Of a stretch of DNA of 64,000 nucleotides, positions 16,059 through 25,670 are shown one piece after another; positions within the stretch are counted from its first letter, which is position 1; each line of letters begins with the position of its first letter. Location of the stretch: positions 1,911-65,910 of the forward strand of contig CAVXZL010000001.1 in the NCBI GenBank assembly GCA_963766345.1, read 5' to 3'. The notes beneath the pieces were generated by a model, which saw only the letters and a list, made by a program, of their open reading frames with translations, did no database searches and was not told the origin of the DNA. The position numbers and the translations under genes are program-made. Source of the DNA: an uncultured Actinomycetes bacterium (lineage in GTDB: Bacteria; Actinomycetota; Thermoleophilia; Gaiellales; Gaiellaceae).

Positions 16059-17507
16059 ATGACTCTCCGCCACGCAATGGCGGCACTCGCCGGTGCGGCG
16101 ATCGCTCTGGTCGGCGCCGCGACCCACGACGCGCACGCGAGTGGCGGCCTGACGCCCGCTCAACGCGCCGACCTTCGTTCGATCGCGGCCAGGACGTGGA
16201 CGTTCTACGACGTCGACGTCGATCCGAACACGAGCCTGCCTCGCGACTACGTTTCCGACGTAGCGGGTCCGCCGTCCGGCAACTACACCTCGCCGACCGA
16301 CATCGCGATGTACCTGTGGAGCATCGTCGCGGCACGCGACCTGCATCTGATCGCGGACATGGAGGCGAGGCAGCGGCTCGACGCCACGCTCACGGCGATC
16401 GAGCACCTGCGCAAGTGGAACGGGTTCCTGCTCAGCTGGTACGACACGACGAACGGCGCCGTGCTCACCGGCCCGGGGGGCAGCGACCTCGGGCCCGACG
16501 ACTCGCTCGACGGCCAGTTGATCTCCACCGTCGACAGCGGCTGGTACGCGTCGGCGCTCGTCGTCGTTCGGCGGGCGTTTCCGCAGTTCCGCGATCGCGC
16601 GACGAGTCTGCTCGACGCGATGAACTTCGGGATCTTCTACGACGGCCGCGACCAGTCGACCGACATCACCGCAGGGCAGATGTACGGCGGCTGGATCGTC
16701 GGCAGCGGCCCGGCCGGCTTCCACTACGGGCTTCTCAACGCCGAGACGCGCATCGCCGCCTACATCGGGATCGGAACGCACCAGATGCCCGGCGACGTCT
16801 GGTGGCGGACGTGGCGCACGCTTCCGGCGAGCTTCGACTGGCAGACGCAGCTGCCGCAGGGACCGACCGTGACGATTCACGACCCGCAGTCGGGCAAGGC
16901 GTTCGACGTCGTCGAGGGTCACTACTCCTACGGCGGCATCGACTACGTCCCCAGCTGGGGCGGGAGCGAGTTCGAAGGGCTCATGCCGAGCCTCGTCGTC
17001 CCGGAGACGAAGTGGGGGCAAGCGAGCTTCGGCGCGAACGACCGCAACTACGCGCTGGCGTCGACTGCCTACGTGCAGAACGCGCTCCACTACCCGATCT
17101 GGGGACTGTCCCCGGCGAGCACGCCCGACGACAGCGGCGGCTACGACGCATACGGCGCGCACCAGCTCGGCTCGAATCTCGGCTGCTGTCCGTACAGCGA
17201 GGACGCGGTGACGCCGCATGCGTCGTTCCTCGCCCTCACCGTCACAGCCGAGGCGGCATACGCGAACATCGCGGCGCTCCGCAGCGGCTACGACGTGTAC
17301 GGCCCGCACGGGTTCTACGACTCCGTCGATCCGATCACGCATTCCGTCGCGCATCGCTACCTCGTGCTCGACCAGTCGATGATCATGGCCGCGCTCGACG
17401 AGGTCCTGGAGCAGGGGGGCCTGTTGCGCTACTACGCAGCCGATCCCGTCGGCAAGGTCGCGCGACCGTATCTGGCCGGGGAGACCTTCAGCATCGGGCG
17501 GGGGTGA
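16059..17507 (+). CDS. Secreted DUF3131/glucoamylase-like (six-hairpin glycosidase-like) protein
   Basis: Signal peptide ending AHA. Conserved segments (TSPTDIAMYLWS, STVDSGWYA, GLLNAETRIAAYIGIG, SWGGSEFEGLMP, GLSPAS...GYDAYG) resemble the DUF3131 / beta-glucan hydrolase family. Confidence 0.7.
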   Translation: MTLRHAMAALAGAAIALVGAATHDAHASGGLTPAQRADLRSIAARTWTFYDVDVDPNTSLPRDYVSDVAGPPSGNYTSPTDIAMYLWSIVAARDLHLIADMEARQRLDATLTAIEHLRKWNGFLLSWYDTTNGAVLTGPGGSDLGPDDSLDGQLISTVDSGWYASALVVVRRAFPQFRDRATSLLDAMNFGIFYDGRDQSTDITAGQMYGGWIVGSGPAGFHYGLLNAETRIAAYIGIGTHQMPGDVWWRTWRTLPASFDWQTQLPQGPTVTIHDPQSGKAFDVVEGHYSYGGIDYVPSWGGSEFEGLMPSLVVPETKWGQASFGANDRNYALASTAYVQNALHYPIWGLSPASTPDDSGGYDAYGAHQLGSNLGCCPYSEDAVTPHASFLALTVTAEAAYANIAALRSGYDVYGPHGFYDSVDPITHSVAHRYLVLDQSMIMAALDEVLEQGGLLRYYAADPVGKVARPYLAGETFSIGRG

Positions 17508-17526
17508 GCCCCGGCCAGTGCGATAG

Positions 17527-18114
17527 TCAGGCCGGGTTGCGCGCTCGCGTCTCGAGCAGCAGGCCGCGGAGGAAGAGGCCGATCTCGCCGAGCGGGAGCA
17601 CGACGTCCGCGTCGGTCGCGGCGATCGCCGCCGAGGGCATCTCGTGCCGCTCGGCCGACTCGGGGTCCTGGACGATCGCGACGCCGCCCAGCTCCTTGAT
17701 CCGCCGGAGGCCGTCGGCGCCGTCGTCGTTGGCCCCGGTGAGCACGATGCCGATGCATCGCTCGCGATACGCCTCGGCTGCGGTGCGGAACAGGACGTCG
17801 ATCGACGGGCGCGCAAAGCGCACGCGCTCCTCCGTCGAGAGGCCGATCGTGCCGTCGGACTCGATCAGCGTGTGGTAGTCCGACGGCGCGAGGTACACGG
17901 TGCCCGGCCGCAGCTCGTCCTTGTCCTCGACCTCACGCACGGGCAGCGTCGTATAGCGCTGAAGCAGCCCGGGGAGACGGGCCCCGCCTTCGGTGCCGCG
18001 GTGCAGCGCGACGACGACCGCTGCCGGGCAATCCTTGCCGAGCCCGTCCAGCAACACCTCGACCGCACGCATACCGCCCCACGAGCCGCCGATCACCACG
18101 ACGTCGTAATTCAC
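17527..18114 (-). CDS. cheB: CheB-type protein-glutamate methylesterase, catalytic domain only (no receiver domain)
   Basis: Motifs VVVIGGSWGG, RPSIDVLFRTAA and IVLTGANDDGADGLRRIKELGG. The ATGA overlaps the cheR stop. Confidence 0.85.
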   Translation of the reverse strand: MNYDVVVIGGSWGGMRAVEVLLDGLGKDCPAAVVVALHRGTEGGARLPGLLQRYTTLPVREVEDKDELRPGTVYLAPSDYHTLIESDGTIGLSTEERVRFARPSIDVLFRTAAEAYRERCIGIVLTGANDDGADGLRRIKELGGVAIVQDPESAERHEMPSAAIAATDADVVLPLGEIGLFLRGLLLETRARNPA

Positions 18115-18992
18115 GCCTTCACCTTGCGGTAGAGCCGCTCGATCGCGTCGAGCTCCTCGTACTTGGCGGCGCTGTCGCTCATCCGCAGCGACTCCTTGTG
18201 TCCGAGCGCGAGGATCCCGAGCCGCATGAGGCTCGCGTCGAAGAGCTCGAAGACGCGCTCCTGCAGGCTGCGTTCGAAGTAGATCATCACGTTGCGGCAG
18301 ACGACCATGTGGAACTCGTTGAACGACCGGTCCGAAGCGAGGTTGTGCTGTGCGAACACGACGTTGCGCAGCAGCGAGCGGTCGAACGCGGCGCCGTCGT
18401 ACGCCGACGTGTAGTAGTCGGCGAACGCGCCTTTGCCTCCGGCCGCGATGTAGTTGCGCGTGTAGTCCTGCATCTTCGCGAGCGGGAAAACGCCGAGCCG
18501 CGCGCGCTCGAGCACGCCCTCGTTGATGTCGGTCGCATAGATCCGCGCGCGGTCGTACACCCGCTCCTCGTCGAGCAGGATCGCGAGCGAATACACCTCC
18601 TCGCCGGTCGAGCAGCCGGCGACCCAGATGCGCGTGAACGGATACGTCTTGAGCAGCGGCACGACTTTCTCGCGCAGCGCGACGTAGAACGTCGGGTCGC
18701 GGAACATCGCCGTGACGTTGATCGAGAGGTCGAGCAACAACCGCTCCATGACCTCCGGATCGCGAAGCAGCCGTTCCTGCAGAGACGAGATCGTCGGCAG
18801 CCCCTCGAGCTGCAGGCGCCGGTGCACACGCCGTCGCAGCGAGGCGGGCGCGTATTCGCGGAAGTCGAAGCCGTAGCGCCTGAAGACGGCTTCGAGCAGG
18901 CAGTCGAGCTCGATTTTCTCGAGGTCGAGCGCGTCGCCGCCGCTGGCCGAGGCGGCCGTCAGGCCTGCACTGCGCTGCGGTCGTACAGCCAT
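18111..18992 (-). CDS. cheR: CheR-type protein-glutamate O-methyltransferase
   Basis: Motifs [40 protein letters not shown] and [10 protein letters not shown]. It overlaps the 3' end of the kinase gene by 34 nt. Confidence 0.9.
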   Translation of the reverse strand: MAVRPQRSAGLTAASASGGDALDLEKIELDCLLEAVFRRYGFDFREYAPASLRRRVHRRLQLEGLPTISSLQERLLRDPEVMERLLLDLSINVTAMFRDPTFYVALREKVVPLLKTYPFTRIWVAGCSTGEEVYSLAILLDEERVYDRARIYATDINEGVLERARLGVFPLAKMQDYTRNYIAAGGKGAFADYYTSAYDGAAFDRSLLRNVVFAQHNLASDRSFNEFHMVVCRNVMIYFERSLQERVFELFDASLMRLGILALGHKESLRMSDSAAKYEELDAIERLYRKVKA

Positions 18993-21900
18993 ACGCGGAG
19001 CAACGAGACGAGCTTGTCGGTGTCGACGGGCTTGGTGATGTAGTCCGAGGCGCCCGCGGCGATCGACTTCTCGCGGTCGCCCTTCATGGCCTTCGCGGTC
19101 AACGAGATGATCGGCAGCGCCTCGAACTGCGGCATCGCCCGGATCCGGCGGATCGTCTCGTAGCCGTCGAGCTCCGGCATCATGATGTCCATCAGGACGA
19201 CGTCGACGTCCGCGTCCTCGCCGAGCAGCTTGAGCGCATCGAGCCCGTTCTCGGCGTAGCGGACGTGCATGCGGCGAGCCTCGAGAACGTTGCTCAGCGC
19301 AAACACGTTGCGCACGTCGTCGTCGACGATCAGCACCTTCTTGCCTTCGAAGACGGCGTCTGCGCTGTGCAGCTGCTGCAACAGCTTCCGCTTCTCCGCC
19401 GGAAGTCGCGACTCGACGCGATGCAGGAAGAGGGTCGTCTCGTCCAGCAGCCGCTCGGGTGAGTTCACGTCCTTGACGACGATCGTCTCTGCGTAGCGGC
19501 GCAGCGCGGTTTCCTCCTTGCGCGTGAGCTGTTTCGCCGTGTAGATGATCACCGGCACCTTCGAGAACCGGTCGTCGGACTTGACGCGCTCCAGCAGCTG
19601 AAAGCCCTGCATATCGGGCAGCTTGAGGTCGAGCACCATGCAGTCGTACGGCCCCCGCTCGAGCTCTGCGAGCGCTTCCTCGCTCGAGCCGACCGCGGTG
19701 ACGTTGATGTCCTCGCCGTCTCCGAGGAGCTCGGTCAGGGCCTGGCGCTGGGCGCTCTCGTCGTCGACGACGAGGAGGTTCCTCACCCTCCGGTCGAGGA
19801 AGCCGGAGATCTGGGAGAACGCCTCGTCGAGCAGCGACTTCTCGACGGGCTTCTCGAGGAAGGCAACCGCTCCGGCGCGCAGGGCGTCCTGCTTGCCGTT
19901 CTCGGCGCCGGTGACGACGTGCACCGGGATGTGACGCGTGTCGGGATGGCGCTTCAGGTGATCGAGCACCGCCCAGCCGTCCATGCCGGGAAGCGCCATG
20001 TCGAGGACGATCGCGTCGGGCTTGGACTCGTGCGCGAGGGCGAGCCCTGCATCGCCGCGCAGCGCGACGATTCCCTTGAAGCCACGCTCGCGCGCAACCT
20101 CGAGCACCGTTCTCGCGAAGGTCTCGTCGTCCTCGACGATGAGCACGACGCGGTCGCCGACGTCGATCGAGCCGCGATCGTCGTCGACGCCGCTCGAGAG
20201 GATCAGCGCGGGGTCGATAACGGGACCGGGCACGGCGTCGCCACCGATCGCGGAGCGCTCACGCGTCAGCGGTGCATCGCTGGCCGCGCCGCGGGACGCG
20301 CTGTAGCGCACGGGCAGGTAGAGCGTGAACGTCGATCCCTCGCCGGGCGACGACGTGACGTGGATCTCGCCGCCGAGGAGGCGCGCGATCTCGCGGCTGA
20401 TCGACAGGCCGAGGCCCGTCCCGCCGTAGCGCCTGCTCGTCGTCCCGTCGGCCTGCTGGAACGCCTCGAAGATGAGCTTCAGCTTGTCCGAGGGGATGCC
20501 GACGCCGGTGTCGGTGACGGCGAAGGAGAGCACGGTGTCGGCGTCGAGGAGCGTCCGCTCCCGCAGCTTCGCGCCTTCGCCGGCGCGGGAGACGCGAAGC
20601 GAGACCGTGCCGCTCTCCGTGAACTTGCACGCGTTCGAGATCAGGTTCTTGAGCACCTGCTGCAGTCGCTGCTCGTCGGTCGCGATCTTCGGCGGCACGT
20701 CGGCCGCGATGTCGACGTCGAAGCCGAGCCCCTTCTCCTCCGCGACCGGGCGGAACGTGCGGTTGACGTAGTCGCGGACCTCGTCGAGGCCGAGGTCGGT
20801 GACGTGGACGTCCATCTTGCCGGCTTCGACCTTGGAGAGATCGAGGATGTCGTTGATCAGGTTCAGCAGGTCGCTGCCCGCGGTGTAGATCGTCTTCGCG
20901 AACTCGATCTGCTTCGGAGTCAGGTTCTGCTCCGGGTTCTCCGAGAACAGCCGCGCGAGGATCAGCATCGAGTTGAGGGGCGTGCGCAGCTCGTGCGACA
21001 TGTTCGCGAGGAACTCGCTCTTGTACTTCGACGAGAGCGCGAGCTGCTCCGCCTTGTCCTCGATCGCCGAGCGAGCGTCCTCGATCTCGCGGTTCTTGAT
21101 CTCGATGCGCGCGTTCTGCTCCTCGAGCAGCTGCGCCTTCTCCTCGAGCTCCTCGTTCGTCTGCTGCAGCTCCTCCTGCTGCTGCTGGAGCAGCTCCTCG
21201 GAGGTCTTCAGCGACGCGGCCTGCATCTCGAGCTCGGTGTTCGACCGCTTGAGCTCCTCCTGCTGCGACTGCAGCTCCTCCGAGCGCTCCTGCAGATCCT
21301 CGGTCAGCTTCTGCGACTGCGTGAGCAGCTCCTCGGTGCGCATGTTCTGCTGGATGACGTTGATGACGATCCCGAGCGACTCCATCAGCGCCTCGAGGAA
21401 CGCCTGGTGCGTCTCGCTGAACGGATGGAACGACGCGAGCTCGACGACCGCCATCGTCTGCCCCTCGAACAGCGCCGGCAGCACGAAGACGTTGTGCGGC
21501 GATGCCTCGCCGAGCCCGGACGCGATGCGGATGTAGTCGTCCGGCGCCTCGGTGAGCAGGATTGGCGCCTTCTCGAGCGCCGCCTGGCCGACGAGCCCCT
21601 CGCCGAGCCCGAAGCGGTTCGCGACCGTCTTGCGCTGCTTGTACGCGTAGCTCGAGATCAGGCGCAGCTCGAGCTCCTCGCCCTCGCCGTGCGCGAGGAA
21701 GAACGCGCCGTGGTGCGCGCCGACGAGCGGCGTCAGCTCCGACATGATCATGCGGCTCACGGTCTCGAGGTCGCGCTGGCCCTGCATCATTCCGGTGAAC
21801 CGCGCGAGGTTCGAGTTGAGCCAGTCCTGCTCGGCGTTCCGTCGCGTCGTCTCCGCGAGGTTGCGGATCATCTCGTTGATGTTGTCCTTGAGCTCGCCGA

Positions 21901-24364
21901 CCTCGCCCTTCGCCTCGACGGCAACCGTCCGCGTGAGGTCGCCCTGCGTCACCGCGGTTGAGACGTCGGCGATCGCGCGCACCTGAGTCGTCAGCGACGC
22001 GGCCATCGTGTTCACGTTCTCCGTGAGGTCGCGCCACACGCCCGAGACGCCCCGCACCTGAGCCTGACCGCCGAGCTTCCCCTCGGTGCCGACCTCCTTC
22101 GCGACGCGCGTGACCTCCGCTGCGAACGAGGAGAGCTGGTCGACCATCGTGTTGATCGTGTTCTTGAGCTTGAGCACCTCGCCGCGCGCGTCCACGGTGA
22201 TCTTCTGCGAGAGGTCGCCCTGTGCGACTGCGGTCGTCACCTCGGCGATGTTGCGCACCTGCCCCGTGAGGTTGTCGGCGAGCGTGTTGACGGAGTCGGT
22301 GAGGTCCTTCCAGGTGCCGCTGACGCCCTTGACGCGTGCCTGGCCGCCGAGCTTGCCCTCGGTGCCGACCTCGCGCGCCACGCGCGTGACCTCGTCGGCG
22401 AACGAGGAGAGCTGGTCGACCATCGTGTTGATCGTGTTCTTGAGCTGGAGGATCTCGCCCTTGACGTCGACGGTGATCTTCCGGCCGAGGTCGCCCTGGG
22501 CGACCGCCGTCGTGACCTCGGCGATGTTCCGCACCTGGCCGGTCAGGTTCGACGCCATGAAGTTGACGTTGTCGGTCAGGTCCTTCCAGACGCCCGACAC
22601 GCCCTCGACGCGGGCCTGGCCGCCGAGGATGCCCTCGGTGCCGACCTCGCGCGCCACCCGCGTGACCTCCGCTGCGAACGAGCGGAGCTGGTCGACCATC
22701 GTGTTGATGGTCTCCTTGAGCTCGAGGATCTCGCCGCGCGCGGTCACGGTGATCTTGCGAGAGAGGTCGCCCTGCGCGACCGCGGTCGTGACGTCCGCGA
22801 TGTTCCGCACCTGGCCGGTCAGGTTGTCGGCGAGCGTGTTGACGTTGTCCGTGAGGTCCTTCCACGTACCGGAGACACCCTCGACCTTCGCCTGGCCGCC
22901 GAGCTTGCCCTCGGTGCCGACCTCCTTGGCGACGCGCGTGACCTCGTCGGCGAACGAGGAGAGCTGGTCGACCATCGTGTTGATCGTGTTCTTGAGCTCG
23001 AGGACCTCGCCCTTGACGTCGACGGTGATCTTCTTCGAGAGGTCGCCCGTCGCGACGGCGGTCGTGACGTCCGCGATGTTCCGCACCTGCGCGGTCAGGT
23101 TCGCCGCGAGCGTGTTGACGTTGTCGGTGAGATCCTTCCAGACGCCCGAGACGCCCTTCACGTCGGCCTGGCCGCCGAGGATGCCCTCGTTGCCGACCTC
23201 GCGCGCGACGCGCGTCACCTCGCCGGCGAACGCGCGCAGCGTGTCGATCATCGAGTTGATCGTGTCCGCGAGCTGTGCGACCTCGCCCTGCGCCTCGATC
23301 GTGAACTTCCGGTCGAGGTCGCCGTTCGCGACGGCGGTGACGACGCGCGCGATCCCGCGGACCTGCGTCGTCAGGTTCGTCGCCATGAAGTTCACGTTGT
23401 CGGTGAGGTCCTTCCAGGTGCCGCTGACGCCCTTGACGCGTGCCTGGCCGCCGAGCTTGCCCTCCGTGCCGACCTCGCGGGCGACGCGTGTGACCTCGTC
23501 GGCGAACGAGGAGAGCTGGTCGACCATCGTGTTGATCGTGTTCTTCAGCACCAGGATCTCGCCCTTGACGTCGACGCTGATCTTCCGACTCAGATCGCCT
23601 GCGGCGACCGCCTTCGTGACGTCTGCGATGTCGCGCACCTGTGCGGTCAGGTTCGACGCCATGAGGTTGACGTTGTCCGTGAGGTCCTTCCAGACCCCGG
23701 ACGTTCCCTTGACCTTCGCCTGCCCGCCGAGCTTGCCCTCGGTGCCGACCTCGCGCGCCACGCGCGTCACCTCGTCGGCGAAGCTCGAGAGCTGGTCGAC
23801 CATTGCGTTGACCGTCGTGCCGATGCGGCGGAACTCCCCTCGTAGGGGCCTCCCGTCGATCCGCAGGTCCATCCGCTGCGAGAGATCGCCGTCGGCGACC
23901 GCGTCGATCACGCGGGCGATCTCGTTCGTCGGCCTGACGAGATCGTCGATCATGCCGTTGATCGCGTCCGTGGTCTCGCGCCAGGCGCCGCGGTAGCGCG
24001 GCAACGCCACGCGCTCGTTGAGGCGCCCGTCCCGGACGACGCGTGCGACGCGCTGCAACTCGTCTGCGAGGTTCGAGCGCCTGTCCGCGAGGTCGTTGTA
24101 GGCACGCGCGAGCTCTCCGCCGAGGCCGCTCTGCTCTCCGCTCAGCCGAAAGTCGAAGTCACCGGCGCTGGCCGCGCGCAGAGCAGCGAGCAACTCGCGC
24201 AGCGGCGCCTCGTCGACCGCGCCGTTTCCGTTCGTCCCTTCGGTCGCGACTTCGGCGCGAGTTGTCTTCGCTCGTGACGTTCTGCTCGCAGCCACCGTTG
24301 CTCCTTCCGCAGTAGGAGTGCTCCGGGCGGGGTTGTCGGGGGTCACCAACTCGAGCCCTCGCAC
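18959..24364 (-). CDS. Soluble hybrid sensor histidine kinase: poly-HAMP array, GAF, E/Q-rich coiled coil, HisKA, HATPase_c, three receiver domains
   Basis: No TM segment was found. There are 8 tandem 92-aa HAMP-pair units, a GAF domain (aa ~860-1000), H-box [10 protein letters not shown] (His ~1124), N/G boxes, and three REC domains (LIVEDDE...[15 protein letters not shown]...[15 protein letters not shown]...DIMMPELDG). An alternative start, GTG 24295, has the strong SD GGAAGGAG. Confidence 0.9.
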   Translation of the reverse strand: MRGLELVTPDNPARSTPTAEGATVAASRTSRAKTTRAEVATEGTNGNGAVDEAPLRELLAALRAASAGDFDFRLSGEQSGLGGELARAYNDLADRRSNLADELQRVARVVRDGRLNERVALPRYRGAWRETTDAINGMIDDLVRPTNEIARVIDAVADGDLSQRMDLRIDGRPLRGEFRRIGTTVNAMVDQLSSFADEVTRVAREVGTEGKLGGQAKVKGTSGVWKDLTDNVNLMASNLTAQVRDIADVTKAVAAGDLSRKISVDVKGEILVLKNTINTMVDQLSSFADEVTRVAREVGTEGKLGGQARVKGVSGTWKDLTDNVNFMATNLTTQVRGIARVVTAVANGDLDRKFTIEAQGEVAQLADTINSMIDTLRAFAGEVTRVAREVGNEGILGGQADVKGVSGVWKDLTDNVNTLAANLTAQVRNIADVTTAVATGDLSKKITVDVKGEVLELKNTINTMVDQLSSFADEVTRVAKEVGTEGKLGGQAKVEGVSGTWKDLTDNVNTLADNLTGQVRNIADVTTAVAQGDLSRKITVTARGEILELKETINTMVDQLRSFAAEVTRVAREVGTEGILGGQARVEGVSGVWKDLTDNVNFMASNLTGQVRNIAEVTTAVAQGDLGRKITVDVKGEILQLKNTINTMVDQLSSFADEVTRVAREVGTEGKLGGQARVKGVSGTWKDLTDSVNTLADNLTGQVRNIAEVTTAVAQGDLSQKITVDARGEVLKLKNTINTMVDQLSSFAAEVTRVAKEVGTEGKLGGQAQVRGVSGVWRDLTENVNTMAASLTTQVRAIADVSTAVTQGDLTRTVAVEAKGEVGELKDNINEMIRNLAETTRRNAEQDWLNSNLARFTGMMQGQRDLETVSRMIMSELTPLVGAHHGAFFLAHGEGEELELRLISSYAYKQRKTVANRFGLGEGLVGQAALEKAPILLTEAPDDYIRIASGLGEASPHNVFVLPALFEGQTMAVVELASFHPFSETHQAFLEALMESLGIVINVIQQNMRTEELLTQSQKLTEDLQERSEELQSQQEELKRSNTELEMQAASLKTSEELLQQQQEELQQTNEELEEKAQLLEEQNARIEIKNREIEDARSAIEDKAEQLALSSKYKSEFLANMSHELRTPLNSMLILARLFSENPEQNLTPKQIEFAKTIYTAGSDLLNLINDILDLSKVEAGKMDVHVTDLGLDEVRDYVNRTFRPVAEEKGLGFDVDIAADVPPKIATDEQRLQQVLKNLISNACKFTESGTVSLRVSRAGEGAKLRERTLLDADTVLSFAVTDTGVGIPSDKLKLIFEAFQQADGTTSRRYGGTGLGLSISREIARLLGGEIHVTSSPGEGSTFTLYLPVRYSASRGAASDAPLTRERSAIGGDAVPGPVIDPALILSSGVDDDRGSIDVGDRVVLIVEDDETFARTVLEVARERGFKGIVALRGDAGLALAHESKPDAIVLDMALPGMDGWAVLDHLKRHPDTRHIPVHVVTGAENGKQDALRAGAVAFLEKPVEKSLLDEAFSQISGFLDRRVRNLLVVDDESAQRQALTELLGDGEDINVTAVGSSEEALAELERGPYDCMVLDLKLPDMQGFQLLERVKSDDRFSKVPVIIYTAKQLTRKEETALRRYAETIVVKDVNSPERLLDETTLFLHRVESRLPAEKRKLLQQLHSADAVFEGKKVLIVDDDVRNVFALSNVLEARRMHVRYAENGLDALKLLGEDADVDVVLMDIMMPELDGYETIRRIRAMPQFEALPIISLTAKAMKGDREKSIAAGASDYITKPVDTDKLVSLLRVWLYDRSAVQA
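21851..24064 (-). repeat. Coding tandem repeat: 8 x 276 bp (92-aa HAMP-pair units; first copy degenerate)
   Basis: The unit FA[DAG]EVTRVA[RK]EVGxEGxLGGQAxVxGxSGxWxDLTxNVNxxAxxLTxQVRxIAxVxxAVxxGDLxxKxxVxxxGExxxLKxTINxMVDQLxS starts at aa 195, 287, 379, 471, 563, 655 and 747. Stretches of about 80 nt are near-identical between copies (for example around 22100, 22380, 22930, 23480). Confidence 0.9.
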
Positions 24365-24407
24365 GTCTCTGCCCAGAACGCGATCCTTGAAACCACTCCT
24401 GATGGTT

Positions 24408-25451
24408 CTAAACCTGGTCGAGGGTCCTTTCGAGGTCGCTCCAGAGGGCTTCGACGTCCTCGAGGCCGACCGACAGACGGAGCAATCCTTCGGGGACGCG
24501 GTCGCCTTCCCAGCGGTGGCGCGTCTCCATCAGCGAGTGGACGCCACCCAGGCTCGTCGCGTTCGTGATCAGTCGCGTCGAAGTCTCGACGCGTCGCGCG
24601 GCCGCTCCGTCGGCGACGTCGAAGGACATCAGGCCGCCGAACCCGGGATAGCGCACGATCGTCACGCGCGGGTGCGTTCCGAGCCGGCGCGCGAGCTCGC
24701 GTGCGGTCTCCGTCTGCCGCTCGACGCGGAAGCGGAGCGTCGGGAGGCTGCGGAGCAGGAGCCAGCACGCGTCCGGCGCCGCCACGATGCCGGTCTTCGT
24801 GCGGAGCTCGTGCAGGCGCGCGGCGTCCTCTTCGCGCTTGCACACGACGGCGCCGAGGAGCACGTCGTCGTGCCCGCCGAGGTACTTCGTCGCGCTGTGA
24901 AGGACGAAGTCCGCGCCGTGCTCGAGCGGACGGAGATGGATGGGCGTGGCCGCGGTCGAATCGACGACGACCGGAGCCGGATGCGCGGCTGCGGCGTCGA
25001 GGTCGGGCATCGTCAGCAACGGGTTGGACGGCGCCTCGAGCCAGAGGATCTGCACGCCGTCCGGCGGTGCGCCCGTCTGGTCGAACTCGACGAGCTTCAG
25101 CCCCCAGCGGGCGAGCTCGCCGAAGAGGCGGCCCGTGCCGTAGTACGCGCCTTCGGCGAGCGCGATCGTCGCGCCGGGCTCGAGCAGCGCGAGCGCGAGC
25201 GCCGTAGCCGCGCCCGTCCCGGACGGAAACAGCAAGGCGTGACCACCCTCGAGCTCGCCGAGCGCCTGCTCCGCCGCGACGCCGGCCGGGTGGGAGTCGC
25301 GCTGGTAGTAGAAGTCGCGCGGCTCACCACGCTCGTCGTACGGCCAGGTTGTCGAGCGGTCGAGCGTGTCCACCGGCCGATCGTACGCGGCAGAATCCGG
25401 CGTGTGCGCCGCGGGGTCGCGGTTTCTCGCGCTCGTGCTCGCCGCGCTCAC
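24408..25451 (-). CDS. Cys/Met-metabolism PLP-dependent enzyme (cystathionine gamma-synthase/lyase family)
   Basis: Motifs [22 protein letters not shown] and [15 protein letters not shown] (PLP lysine), plus a C-terminal ETRHRWEG...LRLSVGLED. The start is uncertain: GTG 25451 is preferred, and the track ORF runs to 25559. Confidence 0.8.
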   Translation of the reverse strand: MSAASTSARNRDPAAHTPDSAAYDRPVDTLDRSTTWPYDERGEPRDFYYQRDSHPAGVAAEQALGELEGGHALLFPSGTGAATALALALLEPGATIALAEGAYYGTGRLFGELARWGLKLVEFDQTGAPPDGVQILWLEAPSNPLLTMPDLDAAAAHPAPVVVDSTAATPIHLRPLEHGADFVLHSATKYLGGHDDVLLGAVVCKREEDAARLHELRTKTGIVAAPDACWLLLRSLPTLRFRVERQTETARELARRLGTHPRVTIVRYPGFGGLMSFDVADGAAARRVETSTRLITNATSLGGVHSLMETRHRWEGDRVPEGLLRLSVGLEDVEALWSDLERTLDQV

Positions 25452-25670
25452 CTGCGCGACTCTGTTCGCCGCAGCGAAAAATCGGTGTCGGACGCCATTT
25501 CTCTGCTGTGACGATTTCTCCACAGGAACGGAACAGCATGGATAGAGCGATCGCAGCAAGAACGTGGCTTGTCGGGCGATGTCGTTTGGAGCCGTACCAT
25601 CGTCGCGAACGGACGTCGGTGGGTGTCAGACACAGGATGGTCCGAATCGGACGACGGTTAGGCTCCGCGC

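Noticed and set aside
22086-23996. 636-aa plus-strand ORF (and the similar 19919..21961 ORF) opposite the histidine kinase gene
   Set aside because: It is exactly antisense to the strongly homologous HAMP-repeat coding sequence. Its own repetitive Ser/Thr/Arg-rich translation merely mirrors the repeats. This is a typical GC-rich shadow ORF.
21851-24064. Regular 276-bp periodic repeats considered as a CRISPR or non-coding satellite array
   Set aside because: The repeats are contiguous with no unique spacers, are 276 bp long, and translate in frame into 92-aa HAMP units inside one 1801-codon ORF.
15928-24400. Genomic island integrated at tRNA-Thr (DUF3131, cheB, cheR, kinase)
   Set aside because: No integrase lies adjacent to the tRNA. 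I did not notice a direct repeat of the tRNA 3' end downstream. The GC content looks uniform with the rest of the window. A computational repeat search would be needed to exclude it fully.
25452-25670. SAM-I/SAM-IV riboswitch or T-box upstream of the Cys/Met PLP-enzyme gene
   Set aside because: The conserved cores (for example GGCAACC, the AGAGGGA-type junction of SAM-I, the T-box 14-mer) were not found by eye. The region is kept only as a low-interest unexplained leader. An Infernal scan would be decisive.
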